A DNA stretch of 15,413 bases from Candidatus Helarchaeota archaeon (lineage in GTDB: Archaea; Asgardarchaeota; Lokiarchaeia; Helarchaeales; RDOG01): NCBI GenBank assembly GCA_029838215.1, contig JALGVI010000068.1:1-15413 (forward strand), written 5' to 3'. A model generated the notes under the pieces. The model saw only the letters and a program-made list of their open reading frames with translations. It did no database searches and was not told where the DNA came from. Positions 13,779 to 15,413 of this stretch are shown one piece after another. How positions within the stretch are numbered: position 1 is the stretch's first letter; every line of letters starts with the position of its first letter. A program made the translations under genes and the position numbers.

Positions 13779-15413
13779 TCATGAGTTCTGAAAAAACAAT
13801 ATATTTTCAGTAAAAGTCTTGCGGTAATCCATGTTGCTACTTTTTTGGAGATCAACTTCAACTTTTTTTAATTTCAAATGTGTATAACCAATGCTAGTTA
13901 AAATTAATCGAATGAATTCGGCATTAGGGATGAAAAACTCTTCTTTTTTAATTTTCCAAAGATGTACGTTACTAACCACCAAGCAAATAATACCTGATTT
14001 TCTCATTTTCGTTTTTAATTTTAAGAAAATGCTTTTTAAATCATTGTAATAATGAAATGTAAGAATTCCTCTTTCCAAATCAATTTTACTAATTTTTTTT
14101 AAAAAATTGGAAATTCTTTCGGGCAAATTCTCAAGCGATTTAGTCAATTCTTCATGTTTTAGAGTATTATGTTTCCAGCCAATTGATGAATTCTGCAATT
14201 TTTTGAAACTCTTTTCATTGAACTCGGGATAGAGATGAAAAATCGAATTCTTCACCATGTTCAGATAATCAACAGTATTGAGATAAGGGGGAGAAGAGAT
14301 AATGAAATCAAAGACGGGTAATTTTTCACTCTTAATTTCTATCAGATCCTCACAAATGATTATTGGTTTTTTTACATTTGGAGTCCTTTTTAGGAACCGC
14401 ATTACGTTTTCATGTAAAAATAGCGTCGAATAATTTTTTATCAAGACTTTTTCAAGTTGGCTAATCAAATTCTTTGCTTTTTTCCTTTGTAGATGATTTA
14501 TTGCTTCGCTCAGGGAGATTTTAAAAAACAGTTTCACCCACTCTGATCCTTGAATGGATTTTTCGCCTGAATCTTCTATAATGGCATTGATAACCTCTTG
14601 AATTATCTCTATTGAGATTTCTTCTTGATCGTGCAGCTTGCAAAGATTTATTATTTGCGAATCCCTCTTTTCTCTATAATTATCCAATTCTTGTAGCAAT
14701 TTTATTAACGTTATCCTTAAATTCGATGTTTTTACGGTAAAATCTGTTTTTAATAGACTTATATCGACAAATAACGGCACGTGATCGATTCCGTGTACTT
14801 GCACGCCTAATGAACTTGCATCGATCAAAAAAGTTCCGCTACCCACGAAAGGATCCAAGAGAACCTGATCTTGAGTGATTTTAAGAACGTTTTGTAGAGC
14901 TCTACCCATTCTTGGGAAAGCTTTTGCCTTAAAAAAATGGAAATCGTGTGTAAGATGGTTTTTTCCTCTTCTATAATGCCAGTCCAGAAAATCCCCCATG
15001 TATGTCTTGCCTTGTCCTATATTCGGCACGTAATTAAAAACGGCATGAAGATGAATTATCGATTGAATGAGATAGAATAGCAGTTCATTCTCCTTGGCTT
15101 CAAGCTTAGATTGTAAGTCGTGTTTCCTTCCCCCACTAATATAGGAACCCCACATCTTTAAAACTTCAAGTGATGTTTCCAAGAAAACAGAATCTGGAAT
15201 TATCCTCAATAGTTTAATTTCTTCATCCACGAACAGTCGAGTTGAAGGATTGACCAAATCACTTGAAAGCAATTCTTCTGTCTCAACATTACGGCATCCT
15301 TTTTTGAGTGAAAATTCGAGTTTTTTTCTCGATTTCTCATTTGTTAAATAAGATTCTATAATGTCTACAATTTTCAAAGTTGCTCTTTCGATTTTAAATG
15401 AATTAAGAACGAC
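13779..15413 (-). CDS. SAM-dependent nucleic-acid amino-methyltransferase-like protein (motif I LLDPFVGSGTFLIDAS, motif IV FDFIISSPPY). N-terminus uncertain: the frame is still open at the window edge.
   Basis: The ORF track gives 13779..15377 (532 aa) with a TTG start. I checked that the same frame contains no stop between 15377 and 15413 (codons ...VVLNSFKIERAT-L), so the gene may start outside the window. FxGxG followed about 190 aa later by (D/N/S)PPY matches the order of alpha-class DNA amino-MTases, but the GSGT-F-LIDA context also resembles UPF0020/THUMP-type RNA m2G/m6A MTases. Stop codon TGA at 13779..13781. Confidence 0.7.
   Translation of the reverse strand, partial: VVLNSFKIERATLKIVDIIESYLTNEKSRKKLEFSLKKGCRNVETEELLSSDLVNPSTRLFVDEEIKLLRIIPDSVFLETSLEVLKMWGSYISGGRKHDLQSKLEAKENELLFYLIQSIIHLHAVFNYVPNIGQGKTYMGDFLDWHYRRGKNHLTHDFHFFKAKAFPRMGRALQNVLKITQDQVLLDPFVGSGTFLIDASSLGVQVHGIDHVPLFVDISLLKTDFTVKTSNLRITLIKLLQELDNYREKRDSQIINLCKLHDQEEISIEIIQEVINAIIEDSGEKSIQGSEWVKLFFKISLSEAINHLQRKKAKNLISQLEKVLIKNYSTLFLHENVMRFLKRTPNVKKPIIICEDLIEIKSEKLPVFDFIISSPPYLNTVDYLNMVKNSIFHLYPEFNEKSFKKLQNSSIGWKHNTLKHEELTKSLENLPERISNFLKKISKIDLERGILTFHYYNDLKSIFLKLKTKMRKSGIICLVVSNVHLWKIKKEEFFIPNAEFIRLILTSIGYTHLKLKKVEVDLQKSSNMDYRKTFTENILFFQNS

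Noticed and set aside
1-15413. Search for CRISPR arrays, tRNA/rRNA genes and IS/transposase or integrase genes
   Set aside because: No regularly spaced direct repeats were found. No GC-rich cloverleaf-like segments are present (all intergenic DNA is AT-rich and under 520 bp). No transposase- or integrase-like ORFs or terminal inverted repeats were recognised. Mobility of the 10-15.4 kb accessory-looking region therefore cannot be supported from this window alone.

Overview
This is an AT-rich, gene-dense prokaryotic window with about a dozen protein-coding genes. I found no rRNA, tRNA, CRISPR array or transposase. Lineage is uncertain: the TATA-like intergenic elements and the many N-x-S/T sequons in the large surface protein are compatible with an archaeon, but a low-GC bacterium cannot be excluded.

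- **Minus strand, 1..7576 (operon-like run).** Three genes lie tail to head:
  - A 495-aa protein with a predicted TM segment, coiled-coil and winged-helix domains at both ends.
  - An SPFH/band-7-like protein.
  - A giant secreted multi-beta-propeller protein of at least 1748 aa that runs off the left edge of the window. It is absent from the ORF track only because it has no stop codon inside the window. It contains a signal peptide, a 7x ~60-aa repeat, NHL repeats, a second 7x ~47-aa repeat, SBBP-like beta-propeller repeats and an Ig-like tail, and it is densely studded with N-x-S/T sequons.
- **Plus strand, 8089..10115.** Three loci:
  - A membrane-anchored fusion of a bPH_2 domain and an XRE-type HTH.
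  - A tandem double-HTH protein.
  - An overlapping DUF433/DUF5615 (PIN-like) putative type II toxin-antitoxin pair.
- **Minus strand, 10194..11066.** A stand-alone NapH/MauN-type membrane polyferredoxin.
- **Minus strand, 11323..15413 (top candidate for an undescribed system).** A tightly packed three-gene operon:
  - A SAM-dependent amino-methyltransferase-like protein (FxGxG then SPPY, with a ~190-aa insertion between the two motifs). Its reading frame is still open at the right edge of the window.
  - A HEPN protein with an R-x4-H motif, resembling AbiD/AbiF.
  - A protein with an unknown N-terminal domain followed by NYN and TRAM domains.
  I read this as a modification-guarded dual-RNase abortive-infection or RNA-targeting defence module.

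Six of the called genes appear to start on GTG or TTG rather than ATG. Several are preceded by GAAGGGA or AGGAGA ribosome-binding motifs.
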